This document shows positions 8,519-17,500 of a stretch of 64,000 bases of DNA, piece by piece. Origin of the DNA: Anaerovoracaceae bacterium (GTDB lineage: Bacteria; Bacillota; Clostridia; Peptostreptococcales; Anaerovoracaceae); assembly GCA_045616985.1 (NCBI GenBank), contig JAZLHU010000051.1:5884-69883 (forward strand), read 5' to 3'. The position numbers and the translations under genes were made by a program. The notes beneath the pieces were generated by a model. It was given only the letters and a program-made list of their open reading frames with translations. It searched no databases and was not told the DNA's origin. Position 1 is the first letter of the stretch; each line of letters opens with the position of its first letter.

Positions 8519-9552
8519 AAGATTATCTTCATCTTCTTTGCGAGCAGCAGGGTCCTTCGGGATTTGAAAGACCGATCGCAGAGCTTGCAAAAGAATTGAT
8601 AAAACCATTTGTTGATGAGATCTGTGTTGACACCTTAGGCAACCTTATCGCAACAAAAAGGTGCGGAAAGAAAAATGCAAAGAAGATGCTCATTGCAGCG
8701 CATCTTGATGAAATCGGGCTTATGGTTAACGGCTATGAGGACGGATTTCTTTCCTTTACTCAGGTTGGCGGCGTTGATCAAAGAATGCTTCCATCCCGCG
8801 ATGTGGTCGTTATGACAAAGCCGCCTCGCGTTGGTGTTATCTGTGCACAGCCGCCTCATGTGCTTTCTGCAGAAGACATGGAAAAAGCGATCCCGATGGA
8901 AAACCTGAGAATAGACGTCGGGCTTACAGATGCTCAGGCAAAAAGGCTTATACCGATCGGAACGCCGATTACATTCAGAACAGAAGGCTTTGAGCTTGGA
9001 AAGGATTCTTATGTAAGCAAGACCTTAGACGACAGAGCATGCTTTGTATCACTGATTAAAGCGGCAGAGCTTCTTCAGAATAAAACACTTCCGTGGGATG
9101 TTGTTTTTGTGGGAAGCATTTGCGAGGAAGTCGGCGGGGCAGGCGCAGCAGTTTCCGTATTTGAAGAAGCGCCTGTCGTTTGCATGGCAATCGACGTTAC
9201 ACACGCATCAACACCGGATGCTCAGCCGGAAGCTCAGACCCACGGTCTTTCGGACGGTCCGGTTCTTTGCATCGGCCCTAATATAAACAAGGTGGTCGGC
9301 GACGGCTTATTCAAAGCCGCAAAGGATAATTACATTCCTTATCAGACGGAAATCTGCCCGGGCAGAACCGGCACGGATGCATGGGCAATGCAGATTACAA
9401 AAGAGGGCATAGCGACAGGTCTTATTGAGCTTCCGCTTCGCTACATGCATACACCTGTTGAAACAGTCAGCATTTCGGATATTGAAGATTGTGCAAAGCT
9501 TGTTTGCGCTTATGCGCAAGATCCGGGAGAGGAGGTCATGTCATGGCTGTAA
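8509..9552 (+). CDS. M42 family metallopeptidase (glutamyl aminopeptidase/FrvX-like), paralog 1
   Basis: GFE...D.LGNLIA, AHLDEIGLMV, DDRA and EEVG motifs. Confidence 0.85.
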   Translation: MEVKDYLHLLCEQQGPSGFERPIAELAKELIKPFVDEICVDTLGNLIATKRCGKKNAKKMLIAAHLDEIGLMVNGYEDGFLSFTQVGGVDQRMLPSRDVVVMTKPPRVGVICAQPPHVLSAEDMEKAIPMENLRIDVGLTDAQAKRLIPIGTPITFRTEGFELGKDSYVSKTLDDRACFVSLIKAAELLQNKTLPWDVVFVGSICEEVGGAGAAVSVFEEAPVVCMAIDVTHASTPDAQPEAQTHGLSDGPVLCIGPNINKVVGDGLFKAAKDNYIPYQTEICPGRTGTDAWAMQITKEGIATGLIELPLRYMHTPVETVSISDIEDCAKLVCAYAQDPGEEVMSWL

Positions 9553-10583
9553 AGAAAAATAAACTTCCCGAAGTGACAGAGCTGCTTTCCGAGCTTACGC
9601 TCCTTGGCGGAGTATCCGGAGTTGAAAACGAAGTAAGAGATTACATCAAAGAAAAAGCTTTGCCTTATGCAGACAGCATTAAAACAGATGCTATGGGAAA
9701 TCTCATTGTCTTTAAAAAAGGCGCAAGACGTTCTCCAAAGCTCATGCTCTCCGCACACATGGACGAAGTCGGCCTCATCGTAACAAAAATAACAGACGAA
9801 GGCTATCTTAAAATTTCACCCGTCGGCGGAATAGATATTAGAGTTGTGTTCGGCCGCAAGGTTTATGTGGGGCCAAAGGAAATCCCGGGAGTCCTCGGCC
9901 TTAAGGCAATCCACCTTACAACTGCTGAAGAACGCACCAGGATTCCGAAGTGGTCCGACCTTTACATAGACATAGGTGTTACAAGCAAAGATGATGCCCT
10001 GGAGCTTGTTTCTCTCGGCGATGTTTGCACCTTTGATTCGGACTATGTGCGTATCGGAACAAATGAAATAAAAGCAAAGGCAATTGACGACCGCTTCGGA
10101 TGTGCAGTAATGCTGAAGCTTTTGGAAGAAAAGCTTCCTGTTGACACCTGCTTTGTGTTCACCGTTCAGGAGGAAGTAGGAACAAGAGGAGCTTTCGGCG
10201 CAGCATTCTCAGTAAAGCCCGACATTGCACTTGTGCTTGAAGGAACAACATCGGCAGACTTTGCAGGCGTTCCCGATTCCAAGAAGGTAACACTTCTTGG
10301 CGCAGGTCCCGTGATTGGCTTTATGGATGCAGGAACGATTTACGACCGCGGCCTCTTTGAGCAGATAAGAGACATTGCCATAAGTAAAAACATTCCGTGG
10401 CAAATCAAAGGCCGCATCGCAGGCGGCACAGATGCCTCCGCAATTCAGCGCAGCCGTGAAGGTGTCCGCGTTGCAAGCATCTCTGCTCCGATACGCAACA
10501 TTCATTCACCAAACACAGTTGCCGATCTTCGCGATATCAAGCATGCCTGCGAGCTTGCAAAAGCTTTTGTACTAACTATATAA
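9543..10583 (+). CDS. M42 family metallopeptidase, paralog 2
   Basis: The start was moved to MAVKKNK, which follows GGAGAGGAGG and overlaps the upstream stop. Motifs AHMDEVGLIV, DDRFG and QEEVGTRGA. Confidence 0.85.
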   Translation: MAVKKNKLPEVTELLSELTLLGGVSGVENEVRDYIKEKALPYADSIKTDAMGNLIVFKKGARRSPKLMLSAHMDEVGLIVTKITDEGYLKISPVGGIDIRVVFGRKVYVGPKEIPGVLGLKAIHLTTAEERTRIPKWSDLYIDIGVTSKDDALELVSLGDVCTFDSDYVRIGTNEIKAKAIDDRFGCAVMLKLLEEKLPVDTCFVFTVQEEVGTRGAFGAAFSVKPDIALVLEGTTSADFAGVPDSKKVTLLGAGPVIGFMDAGTIYDRGLFEQIRDIAISKNIPWQIKGRIAGGTDASAIQRSREGVRVASISAPIRNIHSPNTVADLRDIKHACELAKAFVLTI

Positions 10584-10589
10584 ATATTA

Positions 10590-10797
10590 GCTCGGAAAGC
10601 GTGCGAATCTATTTCTCAGACACGCTCCCGCTATTGGGGCCCCCGGCAGCAGTTCTAAGCTCTGTCTGCACGCATACTTCAGGCTCAAAGTGCCAAAGCC
10701 TGCTGCTTTGCTCTTTGCTCCTTCGTCTGCTGCTGGCCAATCGCTAAGAACCGGCTTCCCCAAATGTCTTAGAAACAGCTTCGCCCGTTTTCCGAGC
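10590..10797. repeat. Family-A foldback (long palindromic) element, copy A1
   Basis: The two arms are reverse complements of each other (gctcggaaa...tttccgagc; tattgggg...ccccaaat; ctaagaacc). It is homologous to the five other copies. Confidence 0.85.
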
Positions 10798-10815
10798 TTA
10801 ACATTCTAAAGAGTT

Positions 10816-11223
10816 ATGAATGATCCGTTTAAACAAGACATATTAGATGATGCTCTCACGGCAAAGCAGCTGGAGCGCAAGAAGAAGAGAGAGCCGGTAA
10901 AGGAACGGAAAGCTCAGAAGGAAGCGCGCCGGAAAATCGCAGAAGAAAACCGCACCAAAAGAAACAGTTTTGCTGCGGTGATTTTTGCAGTGCTTGTTGT
11001 TCTGGCCATCATCTTCGGCAAGGACTTTAAACAAATAGTAAATCTTACAAAACAAAAAAAGCAGGCACAGGCTCAGCTTGATGCGATCAATTCAAAAATC
11101 GCTCAGCTTGAAGACGAACTTTCAAGAATAAAATCTCCGGAGTATATAGAGCAGCAGGCACGAAGCCAGCTTCGCATGATCTATCCCGGCGAAATTTTAT
11201 ATGTGATTCTTGAGGATAAATAG
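10816..11223 (+). CDS. Septum formation initiator family protein (FtsB/DivIC-like)
   Basis: Single TM segment, then a coiled coil, then YIEQQARSQLRMIYPGE, the typical DivIC/FtsB C-terminal motif. Confidence 0.75.
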   Translation: MNDPFKQDILDDALTAKQLERKKKREPVKERKAQKEARRKIAEENRTKRNSFAAVIFAVLVVLAIIFGKDFKQIVNLTKQKKQAQAQLDAINSKIAQLEDELSRIKSPEYIEQQARSQLRMIYPGEILYVILEDK

Positions 11224-11235
11224 CGCAAACAAATA

Positions 11236-11400
11236 CAGATACGCTCGCGCTTGATTGGGAGCCCGGCAGCGGTGCTAAGCTCTGCCTTTGCACAGACTTC
11301 AGTTTCAAAGTGCCAAAGCCTACTGCTTTGCTCTTTGCTCCTTCGTCTGCTGCTCGTCAATCGCTAAAAACCGGCTTCCCAAACAGTCTGCTTTGGTATC
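11236..11400. repeat. Family-A foldback element, copy A2 (more diverged)
   Basis: ttgattgggagcccggcagcggtgctaagctctgcc...aaagtgccaaagcc...cgctaaaaaccggcttcccaaaca aligns to A1. Confidence 0.8.
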
Positions 11401-11499
11401 AGAATTCATTTGCTGTATACATTAATCAGGTATGTGTTTTTAGATTTTCAAATTCAGGAATGTTTTGTCAAAGAAAAAAATGCACTCAGACAAATTGCA

Positions 11500-12423
11500 A
11501 TGAAAGCAAAAAAATCACTTGGGCAAAATTTCATAAGTGATCCGGGCTTGATCAGTGCGATAGTTGATGCTACCGGAGTCGGCCCCGAAGACACTGTAGT
11601 TGAGATCGGTCCCGGCCGCGGTGCGCTCACGTTTGAGCTTGCAAGACGCGCAAAAAAGGTCATCGCCGTTGAGCTTGATAAAGACCTGATTCCGGGCCTT
11701 CGCGCCGGGGCACTTCTTGCAGGCAATGTAGAGATCATCAACGAAGATATTTTGCAATTTGATTTCAGTTCTGCAGTCAGAACGCTTAATGAAAGCCGGG
11801 ACTCTTCGTTTTCGGATAAGCTGTATTCAGCTCAAAAACCAAAGCTTCGAATAGTCGGCAATTTGCCTTACTATATAACAACACCGATCATAATGGGCTT
11901 GCTGGAAAAGAACGTGCCCGCCGCATCTCTGACCTTTATGGTTCAGAAGGAGGTGGCGCAGCGGATCACCTCGCCGCCCGGCAGCAAAGACTACGGAGTA
12001 CTCTCCATCAGCGTTCAGTACTATTGCGATACGCAGTATATGCTTGATGCCCCCGCAGAATACTTCAGTCCCCGGCCAAAGGTCGATTCCGCCGTTGTAA
12101 ACCTTTTGCCGCGGCCCCGATCACAGCGCCTGCTTTATGCAGAGCCGTTTGCACAAAAGAAATGGCAGTCTGCAGGCGAAGGATCTAAAAAGGCATCTGC
12201 AGAAAATACAGCAGAGTTTGAAAAACAATTCTTCGCTCTCGTAAAGACCGCTTTCGTTCAGCGCCGCAAGACCATGCAAAACTGCCTCGCCGGCTACGGC
12301 GGGTTAACGAAAGAGCAGCTTGCAAAAATACTGGAAAGCTGTGCCGTCGACCCGAGCCGCAGACCCGAGACCCTCTCCATTGAGGAGTTTGTGACCGTTT
12401 TTGCGAAAATACTCAGTAATTAG
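11500..12423 (+). CDS. rsmA: 16S rRNA (adenine1518/1519-N6) dimethyltransferase
   Basis: SLGQNFI, VVEIGPGRGALT, NLPYYITTP and FVQRRKT motifs. The start was set at MKAKKSLGQNF. There are two short insertions relative to the typical length. Confidence 0.9.
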   Translation: MKAKKSLGQNFISDPGLISAIVDATGVGPEDTVVEIGPGRGALTFELARRAKKVIAVELDKDLIPGLRAGALLAGNVEIINEDILQFDFSSAVRTLNESRDSSFSDKLYSAQKPKLRIVGNLPYYITTPIIMGLLEKNVPAASLTFMVQKEVAQRITSPPGSKDYGVLSISVQYYCDTQYMLDAPAEYFSPRPKVDSAVVNLLPRPRSQRLLYAEPFAQKKWQSAGEGSKKASAENTAEFEKQFFALVKTAFVQRRKTMQNCLAGYGGLTKEQLAKILESCAVDPSRRPETLSIEEFVTVFAKILSN

Positions 12424-12436
12424 CATCAAGCTATTT

Positions 12437-13008
12437 ACAAAGAATCACTTTCATCCGCGCAGGTGCAGCGCTGCTTTTGAAACATCAGCTCTGCTTCCTA
12501 AGCTCCCTGATAAAAGTGTATTTGTGGCGAAAAGAAGCAGAAAAAATCAAAAAGACACATTTTCTCAAAAAAAGAGGCACATGTGAGCCTGTTCTATGAA
12601 GAAAAAACAGCCCTTTGTGACTATTTTTAACGGGAAAAACAGTTTGGACACAAAAAGACCTTATAAATTGTACCAAATAGAAAAAACACATCATTTTTGG
12701 CACAAGTGAGAAAATTGAAAAATGTAAGCTATATCACATACACAAATGCCTTGCCTAAGCTCCGGATAAAAGTGTATTCAATGCAATTTGCAAAAGCAGT
12801 AGACACAAATGCATTCACTTAATCTCAGAAAGCGCGAAAGGTCTTTGCGAAGACATTTGGGGAAGCCGGTTCTTAGCGACTGGCAAGCGGCAGACGAAGG
12901 AGCAAAGGGCAAAGCCGGCGGCTTTGGCACTTTGAGACTGAAATCTGCGCGCAGACAGAGCTTAGAACCGATGCAGGGGTCCCCAATAGCGGAAGCGTGT
13001 CTGAGAAA
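12437..13008 (+). repeat. Composite non-coding repeat, about 570 bp, copy D1: family-B module, A-rich spacer, module C, family-A copy A3
   Basis: Aligns end to end with 54857-55425 with few mismatches and small indels. Confidence 0.9.
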
Positions 13009-13009
13009 T
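12821..13009. repeat. Family-A foldback element, copy A3. It lies inside D1 and is inverted relative to A1.
   Basis: gacatttggggaagccggttcttagcgactggcaagcggcagacgaagg...gcttagaaccg...ccccaatagcgg. Confidence 0.85.
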
Positions 13010-13060
13010 GGTATTACGAATTTTCGTACTGATAACAAGATAATAGAAAGGAACATCAAA

Positions 13061-14065
13061 ATGGAAGCACTTGAAATACTGAAGAAGCTTAATGCCTGCT
13101 TCGGTCCATCCGGAAACGAAGGCGAAGCTGCAAAGAAAATCCGCACTATGGTTCATCTGTATGCAGATGACATAAAAACAGACACAATGGGCAATTTGAT
13201 CTGTCACGTTAAGGGAAACGGGCCGAAGCTGATGATCGCAGCTCATATGGACTCTATCGGTCTTATAGTCACGCACATCGAAAAGAACGGTATGCTCAGA
13301 TTCGGTGCAGTAGGCGGCGTTCACGCAGCAGACATACTTTCAATGCCTGTCAGATTTAAGGACGGCCTTGTGGGCGTTGTAAACCAAAATGATGATGCAA
13401 AAAAGCCGGAGCTTGATTCCATGTTTATAGACATAGGCGCCACAACAAAAGCAGAGGCAGAGAAAATGATTACCTTAGGCGACATGGCTGTTTGGGATAT
13501 GCCTGTAAGAGCGCTCGGAAAAGATTACGTTGCATCACCTTATATAGATAACAGAGCAGGCTGTGCAGCGGCAATGCTTGCAATGCAGCTTCTGGGAAAT
13601 CCGAAGACCCGCAGAAAGGCTCTTTCCTATGACACGTATTTTGTATTCACCGTTCAGGAGGAGGTTGGACTTCGCGGCGCAAAGCCCGCAAGCTTCGGCA
13701 TTGATCCTCAGTACGGCATCGTTGTAGACACCACACTTGTGGACGACGTTCCGAAGTCCAGCCATACAGGCACGTCCGTTCTGGGCGGCGGCGCAGCGAT
13801 CAAGGTAATGGATAAGTCCGTTATCTGCCATCCTGAAATGGTCGAAGCACTTTGCGCAAAGGCAAAATCAAAAAAAATCAAATATCAGCTCGACGTATTA
13901 AAGGCAGGCGGAACCGATGCAGGCGAAATGAGGAAGAATGCATGCGGCGTTTGGACAGGCGGAGTTTCCGTTGCAACGCGCTACATCCATTCTCCGCAGG
14001 AGGTCTGCTCGATCTCCGATATCGAAGCCTGCGCAAAGCTCCTTGCTGAGTTTTGCAGGCAGTAA
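13061..14065 (+). CDS. M42 family metallopeptidase, paralog 3
   Basis: The start was moved to MEALEILKKL after RBS gaaagga. The upstream 84 codons of the tracked ORF run through repeat A3. Motifs AHMDSIGLIV, DNRAG and QEEVGLRGA. Confidence 0.85.
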   Translation: MEALEILKKLNACFGPSGNEGEAAKKIRTMVHLYADDIKTDTMGNLICHVKGNGPKLMIAAHMDSIGLIVTHIEKNGMLRFGAVGGVHAADILSMPVRFKDGLVGVVNQNDDAKKPELDSMFIDIGATTKAEAEKMITLGDMAVWDMPVRALGKDYVASPYIDNRAGCAAAMLAMQLLGNPKTRRKALSYDTYFVFTVQEEVGLRGAKPASFGIDPQYGIVVDTTLVDDVPKSSHTGTSVLGGGAAIKVMDKSVICHPEMVEALCAKAKSKKIKYQLDVLKAGGTDAGEMRKNACGVWTGGVSVATRYIHSPQEVCSISDIEACAKLLAEFCRQ

Positions 14066-14083
14066 AATGATATAGAAACAGTA

Positions 14084-14593
14084 ATGAAACAAAATATTGT
14101 TATAATAGGTATGCCGGGGTCCGGCAAAACCACCGTCGGCAGAGTCGTTGCCGAAAAACTTAATTTAAAGCACGTGGATGGCGATGTCATTATGGAAGAA
14201 CGCGAGGGCATGAAGCTGTGCGATATCATTGCTCAAAAAGGAAATGATTACACTCTTTGGCTTGAAGAAAACGTTCTTTCCACGCTGGACGTTGAGGGAT
14301 ATGTAATATCCCCCGGAGGAAGCTGCATCTACTATCCGAAGGCCATGGAGCATTTAAAAGAAATTGCAGCAGTTGTCTATCTTCAGGTGGACTGGCCCGA
14401 GCTTGAAAGAAGATGCAAGGACCCTGTCGGGCGCGGAATAATTTTTAAACCCGGCGAAACATTAAAATCACTTTATGATATGCGATGCCCGCTGTACGAA
14501 AAATGGGCAGAGCTTACAATCAACACAACAAACAATGAAAGCAGAGAACAATCTGCGCTCCAGGTTATAGAAGCATTGAAAGGGGTAAAATAG
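14084..14593 (+). CDS. aroK: Shikimate kinase
   Basis: IVIIGMPGSGKTTVGR Walker A and a typical length of about 170 aa. Confidence 0.85.
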   Translation: MKQNIVIIGMPGSGKTTVGRVVAEKLNLKHVDGDVIMEEREGMKLCDIIAQKGNDYTLWLEENVLSTLDVEGYVISPGGSCIYYPKAMEHLKEIAAVVYLQVDWPELERRCKDPVGRGIIFKPGETLKSLYDMRCPLYEKWAELTINTTNNESREQSALQVIEALKGVK

Positions 14594-14594
14594 T

Positions 14595-17500
14595 ATGCCG
14601 ACAAAAGAAGAATTAAGACAAGCGCTGCTTGAAAACATTGCAAAAATCCAGCAGGTAGTTCCGGACTTTGCCATGACCGAAGAACAGATTGAGCAATGCG
14701 TTTCGGACCGGAAGTACGAGATTTTTAAGAGCCTTCAGGGAAAGAAAAAACTGCACGGAAAAGAATTTGATAAAGAAAAAAACGACATTATCGATCAATA
14801 TTGCGACTCGCTGGCAACGCACAAGTCCTTTACCCGCAATATCGGACACATGTGCAAATACGAAAACAGCGAAGAGGACAAGGCATACAACAAGGAACTC
14901 TTTTCCAATCTTACCCGCGATGACGAGATAGGCGAAGAGGCTCGCGATGAATATATCAGGAGAACAATGAACATTCCGTTCAATTACGATCTTGATTTTC
15001 TTGTTTCAAATCCGAGTGATGAGGAGCTTATTAAATACAGCTTGGAGCACGAAGACGAAGGTGCCATCGGAATGGCTTTTTCGAGCTATTTAGACCAGCT
15101 CGGAACCGACGTTGAATATAAGGATCCGGCAGCAATGAAGCAGTTTGGACTTCTTGCAACATCCTTTGGTACATACATTCAGAATATCAGAAGCTTTATG
15201 GAATCCAAGTATTATTTTACAATGCCGTTTTCCTATATGAGTGGAGAGCAATTTGTGCGCTTCAGAGATAATCGTGATAAGTTCCCGGGATATAACGATA
15301 TGATAATGTCCGGTGACGATTCGCTAAACGATCTTTTGACCTTTGAAGAGATGAGAAGAGCTGTCCCTGCGGACGTTCAGAAATTCAAGAGTCTTAATTA
15401 TAAACCATGGACCAGAAGAGATTACGAATACACTGCGCCAAAGGAAGTCCGCATCGTAGGCGGATACGAAAACAGAATTGAAGCACTTATTGCTGCATGT
15501 GATATGATTGCAGGCTTGGGCGAGGAAGTCGCAGGCAATAAGATGCAGTCCTTAAAGTCCATAGCAGCAAACACCAGGCTTTTGTTCTCGTCTCTTAACG
15601 ATTTCCCGGGCGAAGAAGCACTCAAAAATCTTGCTCGGGCAGCCGGGGATCTTTCAAGAGGTATCTACACGTATATCAAGGACAAGGATGTCGCAGCAAA
15701 CGAGGATCCGCAGTTTAAGGCAAGTGTAAAGGAATTGGAAAATTCCATGAAGAGGCTTGATCCGCTTAAGACTGAGACGGGATTAAAGAGTCTTATCAGA
15801 AACGCAAAGGAAGACAGAGAGAAGATTCTTTCCTGGTACAACTCGCTTAAGGAGACTCTCAAAAACGATCCCGAGATTAATCTTGATATCACCAAGCCTA
15901 CGGACATGATTTCCATTAAGACCTGTGATTTTAAGGTTAACGAGGATACGATTTCCATAGGAGATCCTACGGAATACAAGGGATCCTTAAGCTATGCTTT
16001 TATTCCGAAAAACCTAAGCGCAGACAATCACTTTGATTCCTACTCTGCAAAAGACGAGCCCCCTTATCCGGGATCAGATGAACAGGAAGAAATCATAGAG
16101 GCTGTAAATTCGTATGAAACAGCATTTACTGTATACGGCAACAAGGTGCTGGAGCTTGAAAATGCATACAATATGAATTACGCTCCGGAGAAGCTCAAAA
16201 GGCTTGAAAATGAGCTTACGGAAGCAAAGAAGGAAAGATTCGAGTCATATAAAAGATTTGCTGAGACCAATAACAGGATATTCGGCGCAAAGCATGCATG
16301 GACATTAAAGAATCAGAAGCAGTTCGATCCGAACAACAAAGAAGATTACAAGCAGATAAAATATCTTTATCAGCAGGCAGAAAAAGGTCTTTTGTATGTT
16401 GACCTTGCGAGTGCCGATTCCGAACAGAAATATCAGATCGGAGTAAATGCAAATACAAAGACCGCAGATATTATCAAGACCAGGGGTGCCAATGCTGCAA
16501 GACCGCAGGTCATTGCCTCTGTTTTTGATGCATTAAAGAACGGTGAGCCTAAAGAAAGACTCGGACGCGGAGCGGAATACTACGATTTTATTGCCGCTCA
16601 TTATAAGGAATTCGAAAAGGAAAACGGTACTGATATCAGATTCCTTGCCGACTTTGTGGGAAAGCCGCCGGTAAAGCCGGCAGAGGTTGCTAAGCCGGGC
16701 GCTCTTTCATGGTTTAAGCGCATCATTTCTTTTGGTATCGCAAACGGCGACTTCAAAAAATACGACCAATACGAAAGAGATCTTGCGGACTATAACCGTA
16801 AGGCAGAAGAATATCCAAGATTAAAAGAAGAGGCAAGAAAAAGGAATCTTGCTTCATATGACGGTGTAATAAAGTTTATAAACAAGTATTCCAAAGAGCT
16901 TGGTATGCAGGCTCCTGAAGGTGTAGAAAGAGTCGGAGAAGTTACGGAAAACATGATCCGTATCCACTACACAGAGGAAAATCCACTGGATCTTTCGGAA
17001 GAATACGAAGCAAAGGGTATAAGCCAATCCATGCTTAAGATAGAATTCCGCGTCGATGCAGCCTTCAGAATCGAAGCACACGAAAAGCCTGAGATGTTTA
17101 ATCAGGATGGCAGCATCAAAGAAGATGCATCCAAGGAATACTGGAATCAGAAAAAAGAGCTTCAAAAGGAAGGCGATCTGGCGGGAATCAAAAAAGTAGA
17201 AGATAAGCTTTCCGAGGCAAGAGAAGGCTGGAAGAAGCGCATTGAGGAAAAGGCAAAGCAGCAAAGGCTTGAAGAAACAAAGCAGCTTCAAAAAGAGATG
17301 AAAGAAGCTGCAAAGAAAAATGCTCAGGCTGAAAGAGTTGAAATGGGAAATGCCCTCAGCGATAAGCGCAATGCCCTTTACGGTAAGAGCGTGGATATCA
17401 AAGAGCAGCTTGAAGATCTTGAAGATCTTGATGTTCCAAAGGATAAGCTTGTTAAAGTTTCTACCGGATGGGCTTCCAAATCATTTAACGAATATGTCAA

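Noticed and set aside
9489-9542. N-terminal extensions of tracked ORFs: 9489 (M42), 11410 (rsmA), 18163 (PPK2), 19618 (PPK1), 31043 (pilin-like), 48587 (tctB), 56177 (sufB/D-like), 57974 (symporter), 57671 (Sel1-like, minus strand) and 3355 (minus strand).
   Set aside because: In most of these cases an internal ATG preceded by a GGAGG/AAGGAG-type RBS, or one matching the conserved family N-terminus, is the better start. For the remainder, such as tctB at 48725 and rsmA at 11500, the choice rests on the expected family N-terminus and length only. The upstream codons overlap neighbouring genes or repeats.
12437-13008. Whether the repeated modules (families A, B and C) could be a degenerate CRISPR array or att sites of an integrated element.
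   Set aside because: There is no regular repeat-spacer periodicity and the repeat units are 40-200 bp palindromes. No cas genes are present. The copies are dispersed in both orientations at many intergenic sites rather than bracketing one island.
12809-13060. The N-terminal 84 codons of the tracked ORF 12809-14065. Similar ORFs occur at 55226-55474 (+), 55195-55455 (-), 57750-57992 (+), 57714-57932 (-), 11087-11308 (-) and 12778-13146 (-), encoding peptides such as GKPVLSDWQAADEGAKGKA.GFGTLRLKSARRQSLEP.
   Set aside because: These ORFs are read-through of the family-A foldback repeat. Similar peptides appear on both strands because the DNA is palindromic. They have no RBS, and indels break the frame between copies. 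The M42 peptidase has a proper RBS and a homologous start at 13061.
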